A stretch of DNA of 57,539 nucleotides from Eubacteriales bacterium (GCA_051867815.1 JBJDZD010000053.1:1-57539); one strand, 5' to 3'. Counted from the stretch's first letter, positions 47,495-56,128 are shown. The notes: generated by a model not told the origin, from the sequence alone. Numbers and translations are program-made.

Positions 47495-47523
47495 ATTATA
47501 TCACACAATATTATATTTGTCAA
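47495..47523 (-). promoter_or_regulatory. consensus sigma-A promoter of the cpsB-led operon
   Basis: On the minus strand: TTGACA (47518-47523), 17-nt spacer, TGaTATAAT (47495-47500). Confidence 0.7.
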
Positions 47524-47549
47524 GAGCGGCAGACATTTGCCCGCCGCTC
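47524..47549 (-). terminator. stem-loop after the PqqD-like gene (putative terminator)
   Basis: GAGCGGC...GCCGCTC, a 7-bp stem with a 12-nt loop. The U-tract is weak. Confidence 0.35.
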
Positions 47550-47559
47550 CCCATGTGAT

Positions 47560-47826
47560 TTATTCGGTTACAAGCCCCGCCTCGCGAAGCATGACTGAGA
47601 AGGCGTCGTAGTCGGCGCGCAGTACCTGCTCGTCAACCTCGTATTCCTCAAGGAGGGACGCGATTATCTCGCTTTCGGTCAACCCATCGGAAAGACCCTT
47701 CCAAATAAACGCGCCGACCTCAGTCACCGAAAAAATGCCGTTTGATCGAAGAGCCGCCTCGCCTATGGGGATAAGGATATATTCACCCGCGACCTCACGG
47801 ATGACGATGTTCTTTTCAATCTTCAT
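47560..47826 (-). CDS. PqqD-family (RRE-type) peptide chaperone
   Basis: 88 aa. REVAGEYILIPIG...TEVGAFIWKGL...SEIIASLLEEYEVD is typical PqqD-family architecture. Confidence 0.7.
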   Translation of the reverse strand: MKIEKNIVIREVAGEYILIPIGEAALRSNGIFSVTEVGAFIWKGLSDGLTESEIIASLLEEYEVDEQVLRADYDAFSVMLREAGLVTE

Positions 47827-47828
47827 GA

Positions 47829-48929
47829 TTATTGCTCCTTGTATTTCTCGTAAACAAGTTTATTGTAATGCTTGGTCATACGGCAAACGTATTCGGGCAG
47901 AACGTCCGATCGGCCGCTTTCCGCAAAGCAGGCGGCGGCACAGGCACCGCACCTGACTTTTTGAGGGCAATCCGTACATTCCTTCGGCATCCGGATGGTC
48001 TTTGCAAATGCTTTGACGGCTTCCCAAGCCACCGTAAAGCCAAGCTCGCACACATTCCACCCCTCGTGCGGAAACATACCGCAGGGGAGCATTCTGCCGT
48101 CCCAGGTGACCCAGAAGGCGGTCGAACCGGCTCTGCAACGAATGCCCTCGCTGACGTCGGAGACGCAGATGTCGTCATCGGGTATGCACGCGGCGGCGTT
48201 GAGCCTGAGCTGCTCCGGGGTGAGAACCTGCTCGCGGCATTTGAGCAGATAGTACGCCGCTTCCTCGGCGTTGAAACGCGCCGGGGAGATGCCGTACTTG
48301 TCCTTGTCGATGCGTACGGGAGGATACATATAGGTGGTTGCCTGGACGGGAACGCCGAGCTGTGCCGCAAAGGCGTGGATCTCTTCGATCCGGTCGGCGT
48401 TGTAGGGGGTGACGGTGGAGTTGAGCTTCACGGAAACACCGGCACGGTGTAAGCGGATGATGTTATTTTTGACCGTTTCCGCCATCGGGCGGCCGCAGAG
48501 CCTTTCGTAGCCCTCATCGGTGCATGCGTACAGCGAAATATTCATGCGCAGGGGCGGATGCTTGACGAAAAACTCAAACATTTCGTCGTCAACGAGGGAT
48601 GCGTTCGTGTTTATTGAGATGAGAAGCCCCATTTCGATCAGAGCGCCGTAAATCTCTTTGAAATCAGGGCGGAGAAGCGGTTCGCCGCCGGTCAGAAGGA
48701 GAAATACCATGCCGCTGTCCCTTGCGGCGCGGCCAAGCTTTATCCATTCGGACGCGCTTAAAAGCTCCTTGTGGTTCGGCGTGTGAACGTAGCACATTTT
48801 GCAGTTGAAATTGCAGTTCGAGGTAAGCTCGAAGTTGCCGGCTATGGGCAGACCGAGTGCGGCACCCTTGGCGTGGATGAAGCGCGACCACATAGGCTCC
48901 GCACCGCTGAGATCTATTTTCTTATCCAT
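47829..48929 (-). CDS. radical SAM / SPASM-domain peptide-modifying enzyme
   Basis: CX3CX2C motif CNFNCKMC (48792-48815). C-terminal Cys clusters CRAGS...PCG and CTDCPQKVRCGACAAAC. GGAGA RBS before MDKKIDL. Confidence 0.8.
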   Translation of the reverse strand: MDKKIDLSGAEPMWSRFIHAKGAALGLPIAGNFELTSNCNFNCKMCYVHTPNHKELLSASEWIKLGRAARDSGMVFLLLTGGEPLLRPDFKEIYGALIEMGLLISINTNASLVDDEMFEFFVKHPPLRMNISLYACTDEGYERLCGRPMAETVKNNIIRLHRAGVSVKLNSTVTPYNADRIEEIHAFAAQLGVPVQATTYMYPPVRIDKDKYGISPARFNAEEAAYYLLKCREQVLTPEQLRLNAAACIPDDDICVSDVSEGIRCRAGSTAFWVTWDGRMLPCGMFPHEGWNVCELGFTVAWEAVKAFAKTIRMPKECTDCPQKVRCGACAAACFAESGRSDVLPEYVCRMTKHYNKLVYEKYKEQ

Positions 48930-49660
48930 TTCAATTTCTCCAATTCTCTTGCCGCGTCGGGGTCGTTTATGCAGCTGTAGCAGGAAACGTCCGCTTCGCT
49001 TATCAGATCGGCGACGAGGGCGGTAATGCAGGCGCACGAAACGGGGTCGCTCTCGTCATACGAGCATTGGCAAACGATGTGCATGAAAAGCTCGTGCGGA
49101 CGGAGGGGAAGAAGCTCGTTGCGCTCGCCCTGCTTCAGCACCGTGACAAGACCGATCGGCGCACTGACATTGCGGCAGATACCCGATGTGCCGCAAACGT
49201 ACACTCCGTTTGCGTACCGGACGCCGTTTTTCCTTGATACGAGAACGCGGTCGCCGTTAATTATCTCGCCGCCGACGGTATTTACCCAATGTGACGCGAG
49301 AGTAGATTTTCCCGTTCCGCTCGGGGCGGTGATGAGGAGCGCGCGGCCGCCCGTGACCGCATATGCGGCGTGGAGTATGAAGGCGTCCTTTTCGATCATC
49401 AGGCAGGGCGCTTTAGCCAGCGACAGCAGATGAACGCCGTTTATTTTGCCTGCATTTTCGGGGTTTACGGGCAGGTAGACCGTGTTTTCGCGGCGTGTCG
49501 GCTCGACGGCCATGCCGCTTTTGCCGTCAATGAAGGCTTTCAGGGTGAAATCCGCCGGTACTTCCTCACCAACGAGAAAATTTTCCAGCTTTTCGTTAAG
49601 CGCAAGCGGAAAATCGGCTTCTATGGCAAAAACTATGCCCCCGAATGAATATTTACTCAT
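48914..49660 (-). CDS. HPr-kinase-related P-loop protein
   Basis: ITAPSGTGKSTLA P-loop in the C-terminal half, as in the HprK catalytic domain. The stop overlaps the radical SAM start by 16 nt. Confidence 0.55.
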   Translation of the reverse strand: MSKYSFGGIVFAIEADFPLALNEKLENFLVGEEVPADFTLKAFIDGKSGMAVEPTRRENTVYLPVNPENAGKINGVHLLSLAKAPCLMIEKDAFILHAAYAVTGGRALLITAPSGTGKSTLASHWVNTVGGEIINGDRVLVSRKNGVRYANGVYVCGTSGICRNVSAPIGLVTVLKQGERNELLPLRPHELFMHIVCQCSYDESDPVSCACITALVADLISEADVSCYSCINDPDAARELEKLKWIRK

Positions 49661-50444
49661 CGTAGGTAACGAACATGATCTCCGTCATGTGGGAATATGC
49701 GTGGGGGGCGTAGGCGTTGTAGGTCGCGCCGGCTTTCAGACCGCCCATGATGCGGAAACGGTATGTGATGCCGCCGAAGTAACCGCCGTCCGCCTTGGAT
49801 TTGTAATAGACAACGATATCGCCTGTAATATTCTTATCGGATGTGTTTGTTACGGCTATGGTGCCGGTTTGGCAGGTAAAGGACAGCGTGTCCTCGTGCA
49901 GGGAAGGCTCGGAGCGGAAGAACACCTGATAGCCGACCTCAAGCTCCAGGGAGAAAATCTTTTCGGGTGCCTTTATTGCTTCCTCGTTGCAGACGTATAT
50001 GGACTTCAAGGGTGGAAGCGTGGTCAATTCAAAATCGTAATCCTTGCCGTTGACGGTCAGGGTCACGGTCATGTATTCGAGGGTTTGCCCGGTGGTATTC
50101 GTAAAAGCCGCAACGAGAACGTTCTCGATTTCGCTGTCGCGGCCGTCCTCGGGGAAATAGCCCGTTGCGGTGTAAAGACGGGAGATCTGTATGCCCGACG
50201 CCGCCTCGGCAGGCAACGAAATCCCCTCAAGAGCCACGGGCGAGAGCTGTGAGGACGAGGGATTATTCCGATCGGGGGCAAAGGTGTCGTCAAGGATGCC
50301 GCTTTGCGTGGGGTCCGGCTCACTTGGGAGTTTGCAGGACGGCACAATTGCGGCAAGCGCAAAGCAAGCCGCAATCAAAACGAACGCGACCAAGCCCTCA
50401 ATAAGCCCCTGCGCCTTCTGCGCTTTCTTTATGTTTTTCTTCAT
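49653..50444 (-). CDS. N-terminally anchored extracytoplasmic protein, uncharacterised
   Basis: 263 aa. Single TM segment LIEGLVAFVLIAACFALAAIV. AAGGA RBS. Confidence 0.5.
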   Translation of the reverse strand: MKKNIKKAQKAQGLIEGLVAFVLIAACFALAAIVPSCKLPSEPDPTQSGILDDTFAPDRNNPSSSQLSPVALEGISLPAEAASGIQISRLYTATGYFPEDGRDSEIENVLVAAFTNTTGQTLEYMTVTLTVNGKDYDFELTTLPPLKSIYVCNEEAIKAPEKIFSLELEVGYQVFFRSEPSLHEDTLSFTCQTGTIAVTNTSDKNITGDIVVYYKSKADGGYFGGITYRFRIMGGLKAGATYNAYAPHAYSHMTEIMFVTYDE

Positions 50445-50461
50445 GATGATTCCTTAACGTC

Positions 50462-50492
50462 AGGCCCTGCCTGCCCAAGGCAGACAGGGCCT
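50462..50492 (-). promoter_or_regulatory. strong intra-operon stem-loop immediately after the small-peptide ORF
   Basis: AGGCCCTGCCTGCC-caa-GGCAGACAGGGCCT, a 14-bp stem with one mismatch. No U-tract. Confidence 0.55.
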
Positions 50493-50506
50493 TGTATGCA
50501 GTAATA

Positions 50507-50758
50507 TCAGGAGCCGAAGATTACTTGAGTCCCGTACGGTACGTGATAGCAGATTCCTCCCGGATTGGACTGCGTATCACAACCTGCGGTTGGTCCGGCA
50601 AACAATACGGAGTCGTTACCGAAAATATCGCCAACAGGGTATCCGCAACTCGTTTCGCTACTGTATGTATGAGTATCAAGCGTGCAATCGCCTGCAATGC
50701 TGGTGCTCATTTTGAAATTTACGAAGTCGATATCGGGTTTTATATAGATTTTCTTCAT
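50507..50758 (-). CDS. 83-aa Cys-containing peptide ending in Ser; candidate RiPP precursor
   Basis: MKKIYIKPDIDFVNFKM...GDC..SC..GC..IC...VIFGS. No signal peptide. GGAGA RBS 5 nt upstream. Confidence 0.45.
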   Translation of the reverse strand: MKKIYIKPDIDFVNFKMSTSIAGDCTLDTHTYSSETSCGYPVGDIFGNDSVLFAGPTAGCDTQSNPGGICYHVPYGTQVIFGS

Positions 50759-50775
50759 TGCCGTCTCCTGCCACT

Positions 50776-51699
50776 TCAGTTTTGCGCGGCCTGCGCAGAG
50801 GATGCAACACCCTCTGCGTCGTAAGCCGTGACTTCGACGGGATCTTCGCCGTCAACGCAGACCGCGAAGATCCGTTTTACGGTTTCCGTGCCGTCGTGTT
50901 CAAGATCAACGACGGTCTCGGTAATGTAATGCTTGATGATATTGCCGTTTACGATGACGTACTCAACGTCGTCGGAAACTTCAATGATGAGCTGATTCTT
51001 GCCGTCCGCGCGTCTGCCAAGCTCTGCATCGAACTTCTCGGGAGCGAAGTGACGGTCTGCAAGACCCTGCATGATCTTGCTTGCCTCGTAAGAGCTGTCG
51101 CTTTCGACGCTGTTATTACCGAACAGGTTGCCGAGAATGGAGCTGATGAGGAAGCCGAGCAGGTTGCCGGAGTTATTTGTGGCGGCAATCGGCTCGGATG
51201 CCGTGCCGTCGCAATCGTAAGCAACGATTTCAAGCTCGCTCTTTGCGGAAGCTGTATACAGCCACACGGTGTATTCGCCGCCGTCGATATCAACGCCGAA
51301 TTCCTTTTCGAGGTTGCGCATCGAGCCGAAGCGGGCGGTTACCTGATAGGTCGAGGTTACCTTTTGGAGTGCCGTGCCGTTTACGGTGAGGCTTGCAACG
51401 TCATTCGAGGTTACGATGAGGAGGGATTCGATTGCAAATCTGCCGATGCCTATGCTCTTCTTCTTGTACCGGATGTATTCAGGCTCGAAAATGGGGTTGG
51501 CAAGGCGCTTTGCGTGATCGATAACATCCTCGTCAACGACGAGCTTGACATAGTGTGCTGCTTCTTCCTCAACCTCGGAGTCTGCCTCTGCAGGCTCATA
51601 GGCAACGGGTGCGGATCCATCTTCGGAAGCTGCACAAAACAGCAGCTTCGCCGCAAACCTCGGGGAATATGGAAACGTCGTCGCTTGCGCAGGAAACAT
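50776..51699 (-). CDS. hypothetical protein, or the frameshifted C-terminal part of the giant vWA protein
   Basis: 307-aa ORF whose first 104 nt overlap the 3' end of the 1510-aa ORF in the +1 frame. No internal Met for about 125 codons and no clear RBS. Confidence 0.4.
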   Translation of the reverse strand: MFPAQATTFPYSPRFAAKLLFCAASEDGSAPVAYEPAEADSEVEEEAAHYVKLVVDEDVIDHAKRLANPIFEPEYIRYKKKSIGIGRFAIESLLIVTSNDVASLTVNGTALQKVTSTYQVTARFGSMRNLEKEFGVDIDGGEYTVWLYTASAKSELEIVAYDCDGTASEPIAATNNSGNLLGFLISSILGNLFGNNSVESDSSYEASKIMQGLADRHFAPEKFDAELGRRADGKNQLIIEVSDDVEYVIVNGNIIKHYITETVVDLEHDGTETVKRIFAVCVDGEDPVEVTAYDAEGVASSAQAAQN

Positions 51700-54600
51700 C
51701 CGATACGACCTTATCTGCCTTCTCGGTGACCTTAATACCGGTCAGCGAGAGGATGTTTTCGCAGTTGCCTGCCGCCGCACCGTTGGAAACGGTGATGACG
51801 GGAGTGGACCATTCCTTGGCTTCTTCGTTGTAAGTCCAAAGGGATGCGAGGTTCGTAAGCTCGTAGTACATATCCGTCGCGGTTGCGATATTCGTGGAGG
51901 TGTTGATGCTGATCCCATTGCCGTCGTTGCAGTTGACGTTGAGGACGGCGGAGGTGCCGTATGCGAGCTTGACGCCGATCATGGCCTTATCCGGATTGAA
52001 GTTTGTTACGAGCTTGAAGGAGATGGACTGACCGCCTGCGAGGTAGACCTCGTTGTTTGGCCCGGGGTTGGCGTAATCGTAGGGATTGCCCGTGGAAGCG
52101 ATACCGTCAACGAATACAACGCCGTCAAGCACGTCGGTGGTATTGGGATCGGTGACTGTCAGGCCTTCGAGGATCTTATCTCTGATGGAAACGTAGGTGG
52201 GATTGTACTCGCCGTCGTCCTTGTATGCGTTGTTTATACTGTCGCTTGTGTTATTGGGATCAACGGGGTCGTAGATCCTGATGGAATCGAGGACGAAGCC
52301 GTACTCACCTGCTCCGGTGTGGTCGAAGGCGGAGCTGTAGCCTGCCTTGATTCTGACGGTATAAGTGCCCCATTCAAGGTCTGTGACCTTAATGACGGGT
52401 ACCTGATAGATAGCGCCCTTGTCGGTTTCCGTCCACTCGCCGGTTTCTTCGTTGTAGTCGTATCCGTAGTAGTTATCGACCATGAGGCTCCTGACGGTCA
52501 CGCCATCCTTATCGAAGACCTGAACGAGTATAAGACCCGTTGTGTTGTCGGTCAGAGAGATGATGTCGAAGCCGGTGCCGGTGAACTCAAATACGGCGTA
52601 GGGGCAATTTGCGCCGCCGGTTGCGGCATTGACCGTTACCTTCTTTGCGTTGCCGAGGCTGTAGCTTGTGGAGACGGAATAAATACCGTCGAAGCCGTAG
52701 ATGTAGTTGCGGTCAATGGAAGCCGTGTTGTACTCGCCGGGGCGGTCCTCCCCCTGAGAGGGATTGGAATTGCCTGCCGTGCCGTAAGTACCGAGGTCGA
52801 ACCATTTACCGATTCCGTCCTCACCGCTTGCCGCAGAATCCACGAATCGTACGAATGTTTCCTCGAAATAGATCGTGGTAGCCGGAATGATGGTCAGAGT
52901 GTCGTAGTAGTAGCCCCGGTTTGCAAAGGGATTACCCGAGGCATCGTTGCCCTCAAACCTGACGGCGTATGTGAACTGCTCCGAGTCGGGCATTGACACG
53001 TCGCTCAGCTGATAAACGAGCGTACCGTTTGCGGAAAGCGTTACCTTGCCGTACTTGCCGGTGTAGGACTGCCCGTAGCTTGCCACGTGGTTGGATTCCG
53101 TCCAGAACTGTTCGTCGCCTATATAGCCGAGAGTGGAGCCGCCGACGATGTCTTCAAAGGCCTTGTTGTACTCGCCGACTGCAACGAGCTGACCGTTGGT
53201 ACCGAACATATCGTTTGTGAGAACGTTGACCTCAACCGGAAGCCCGTAGTCGATGATAACGGTATCCGGGAGAGCCTGAGGAGTCCAAAGAACTGCGAAC
53301 CATACGACGGTATGAGTGTAGTCGTTGGCGCTGTTGGGCGGTGTGGTGGCGTTTGTGAAGGCATTTGCGTTACCGAGGAGGTACCGGGTGACATAGGTGG
53401 AAGCCGCCTTGCCGTCGCCCGAGGTGATTTCCCAAGAACCGGTTGAGTTGGAGTTGATCGTGATCTTATAAACGGAGGCCGCGTCGTAGAGTTCGTATCC
53501 GGTGGGAAGAACACCCAAGGACCGGACTTCAATGGAGGCAACTTGGTCTATGTTGTTAAGGAATATTTCCTCATAGACGACGGGGGAGGTGACTGCGATC
53601 TTGTTAGCGAAGGAGCCGGTCTGCCCCGTTGCCTTGTTGACGATTACCTCACCGGCGGAGTTTACGAGATAGAAGGCGTATGAAACGTTCGCGCCTGCCC
53701 AAGCCATGGTGGGCGAGGTGGTTTCGATCTTGCAGGGATTGCCGAGATAGTTGTCGTAATAAAGAGTAGCATAGTTGTTGGTTGCGTAGGAGCCGGGAGC
53801 CTTTTGGCCTTCCAGGGAGCCGTCGAGGTAGACGTAGTAGCGGATGGCCTGCTCGTTGGTCTTAACAGTACCTACGCTCCAATGGAAGGATTCAGCCGGA
53901 AGGGTGCGCGTAAGGGAAGTGCCCTTGATGAGTGTGGTTACGGGGGATGTGTTGGTGTTGTACAGGAAGCTTGCGGCATAGATGACGCCCTTCTTGTAAA
54001 CCACCGTCTTATCCGTGGTAGTGTCAAGGGATACATCCTCGCCTGAGGCGTTTCTGTCAACTTCGATGAGGATGTAGTCGTCCTCGTCGGTGATGGCATA
54101 AGTGCCGTCCGCTTGGAGGGTAGCACCGTAGATGCCGTCGCCGTCAGCGTCGATCTTCGTTGAGTAAGCTCTTGTGCCTGCGTAGTTGAATACGATTGCT
54201 TCTGTGACCGTGCCGGTATCCTGACGGGTACCGATGGAGTGGAGCTTATCTTCGGGAGAGCCTTCCGCGATCCATTCCTGACGGGTGTAGATATCGTATT
54301 CAAGCACCTCGATGACGGAGGCGACAGACTTATCGATCAATGTGCTGCCGGTGCTTTTGTATTCGTGTGTACCGAGCAGAAGGTTGAAGCTGTCGCCCAT
54401 CCGGTCTTCGAAGTGAGCGTTGCTTGCCGCATATGCGATCTCCTCGCCGATGGCGTCGAATGCGTGGTCAAGCTCAGCGGCGGAGGTTACCTTATAGAAA
54501 TACTGAGTGCTGTCGTTTGCGTCATGCGTTGCAATGGAAGCGATGGATTTATCCTGATATTCAAGATTGGTATTTCCGTCGTCCTGAGTATCGAAGGAGA

Positions 54601-56128
54601 TTGCGAACATCTTTGCGCCGAGGCCGGGGAGGCTGTACATATTCTTAAGACCCTGCTCGCTGCCCTGTGCATCCCTGAGGACGTCAACAAGACCCTCGGT
54701 GGACTTACGGATAACGTTGTAGTACTGCTCGGGGTCACCCTTGACGGCGTTTGCCATACGATGCTCGTTTACATAGCCGTCACCGTCGGTATCTGCGGTG
54801 TTGAAGTAGTAAAGATGCTCGGTGCAGTTCATAAGACTTTTCCAGTAGCTTTTATCCATCGTTGTGGTGATGGAGCCGGGCAATGGCTGACCGTCTGTGA
54901 ACGTCGGGGCGCCGCCGACTATCCATTTCTCCCAAGATTCGGATCGACCCTGGGAGTGGTAGTAGTTCCACTGCATTGTCGCACCGTCGGACATGAAGAT
55001 GACGTAGAGGTCACGTTCATCACCCTTGAGAAGGTTCCTCTGCTGCTTGGCGTACGCCATTTGATAGATGGCGTCCATTGCGTAGTCGTAGTTGGTACCG
55101 GAGTGGCAAGTGAATGAGTAGCTTTCGGGAAGCTCGGTGGCCTTCACGAAAGCATCTGCGCTCAGTTCCCCGCTGCCGGTGAAAATACTTGAATTGGAAT
55201 TTGCGTTATAGTCAGCATCTGCGGTGCGGTCGTTTGCATCGCGGTCGTAGGGTGTACCAGATACTGTATGCCTTTCGCCGAAGAAGCCGTTGAAGTCAGC
55301 AATGGCAACGTCAATGTCAAGCACTTCACCGTCTGTGCCGGGTGTCTTGAGCTTCGCAATAAGGTTTGCAAGAGAAGTCTCAAGAACGCTTACGCGCTTA
55401 TACCGGGAGCCGCAGGAGCAGCCCTGCTTGTGACATCTTACACACCAGGTCGCCATGGAAGAAGACGTATCGAGCATGATGATGAGGTCTGCGCCCTTCT
55501 TGGAAGCGACGCCGGAGACCGCAAGCTCGACCTGAGCAACACCGGATGCCTGAAAATCTATGCCGGTTGCGGTCTTGGAGACCTTGATCGCGCCTTCGTC
55601 GGGGTATTCGGGGTAGTTATTTACGTAAACTTCGGAGACATGGAGGGTGAAGCCGCCGCCGCTCGTACTGCTGCCGTAGGTGATGTAAAGGCCGGACTGA
55701 TCGCCCGCGGTCTTTGTCCCCGAGTGGTTGAGCATGTTGAGAGTGAGCGGTACTTCTGCGATTGCATCTTCGCCCTCGTACTTAACCTTGATCATAACCG
55801 GGTTGCCGTCCTTATCGGTAATGGCGGCGGAGCCGGTGGAATACCGATCGACATAACCTTCGGAGGGCCATTCGATGCTCTCTGTCTTTCGTGGCTGAAC
55901 GCAAACGTTGACGGTGCCGAGGTCATTGCCATTATAGGAGATATTAAGGGTGGGGCAGTCGGCCGTATTAAAGCCGCCGTCCAATACGTATATCGGCTCT
56001 GAGGTCGAGCTTGTCGCCGATGCAAGATCTTCCGCCATGGCGACTATCACGCTTGCAGGCAAGACGGATATGATCATCATGAGGGTGAGCAACCAAGCGG
56101 TCAGTCTCCTGAAAGAAAATTGTTTCAT
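51596..56128 (-). CDS. giant secreted vWA-domain surface protein
   Basis: Signal peptide MKQFSFRRLTAWLLTLMMIISVLPASVIVAMA. MIDAS-type DLIIMLDTSSSM. AAGGAGG RBS. No LPXTG motif seen. Confidence 0.8.
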   Translation of the reverse strand: MKQFSFRRLTAWLLTLMMIISVLPASVIVAMAEDLASATSSTSEPIYVLDGGFNTADCPTLNISYNGNDLGTVNVCVQPRKTESIEWPSEGYVDRYSTGSAAITDKDGNPVMIKVKYEGEDAIAEVPLTLNMLNHSGTKTAGDQSGLYITYGSSTSGGGFTLHVSEVYVNNYPEYPDEGAIKVSKTATGIDFQASGVAQVELAVSGVASKKGADLIIMLDTSSSMATWCVRCHKQGCSCGSRYKRVSVLETSLANLIAKLKTPGTDGEVLDIDVAIADFNGFFGERHTVSGTPYDRDANDRTADADYNANSNSSIFTGSGELSADAFVKATELPESYSFTCHSGTNYDYAMDAIYQMAYAKQQRNLLKGDERDLYVIFMSDGATMQWNYYHSQGRSESWEKWIVGGAPTFTDGQPLPGSITTTMDKSYWKSLMNCTEHLYYFNTADTDGDGYVNEHRMANAVKGDPEQYYNVIRKSTEGLVDVLRDAQGSEQGLKNMYSLPGLGAKMFAISFDTQDDGNTNLEYQDKSIASIATHDANDSTQYFYKVTSAAELDHAFDAIGEEIAYAASNAHFEDRMGDSFNLLLGTHEYKSTGSTLIDKSVASVIEVLEYDIYTRQEWIAEGSPEDKLHSIGTRQDTGTVTEAIVFNYAGTRAYSTKIDADGDGIYGATLQADGTYAITDEDDYILIEVDRNASGEDVSLDTTTDKTVVYKKGVIYAASFLYNTNTSPVTTLIKGTSLTRTLPAESFHWSVGTVKTNEQAIRYYVYLDGSLEGQKAPGSYATNNYATLYYDNYLGNPCKIETTSPTMAWAGANVSYAFYLVNSAGEVIVNKATGQTGSFANKIAVTSPVVYEEIFLNNIDQVASIEVRSLGVLPTGYELYDAASVYKITINSNSTGSWEITSGDGKAASTYVTRYLLGNANAFTNATTPPNSANDYTHTVVWFAVLWTPQALPDTVIIDYGLPVEVNVLTNDMFGTNGQLVAVGEYNKAFEDIVGGSTLGYIGDEQFWTESNHVASYGQSYTGKYGKVTLSANGTLVYQLSDVSMPDSEQFTYAVRFEGNDASGNPFANRGYYYDTLTIIPATTIYFEETFVRFVDSAASGEDGIGKWFDLGTYGTAGNSNPSQGEDRPGEYNTASIDRNYIYGFDGIYSVSTSYSLGNAKKVTVNAATGGANCPYAVFEFTGTGFDIISLTDNTTGLILVQVFDKDGVTVRSLMVDNYYGYDYNEETGEWTETDKGAIYQVPVIKVTDLEWGTYTVRIKAGYSSAFDHTGAGEYGFVLDSIRIYDPVDPNNTSDSINNAYKDDGEYNPTYVSIRDKILEGLTVTDPNTTDVLDGVVFVDGIASTGNPYDYANPGPNNEVYLAGGQSISFKLVTNFNPDKAMIGVKLAYGTSAVLNVNCNDGNGISINTSTNIATATDMYYELTNLASLWTYNEEAKEWSTPVITVSNGAAAGNCENILSLTGIKVTEKADKVVSDVSCASDDVSIFPEVCGEAAVLCSFRRWIRTRCL

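Noticed and set aside
50758-51729. 323-aa plus-strand ORF opposite the 307-aa ORF and the end of the vWA gene
   Set aside because: It is an antisense artefact: R/G/A/V-rich, no RBS, and it conflicts with a co-oriented minus-strand operon.
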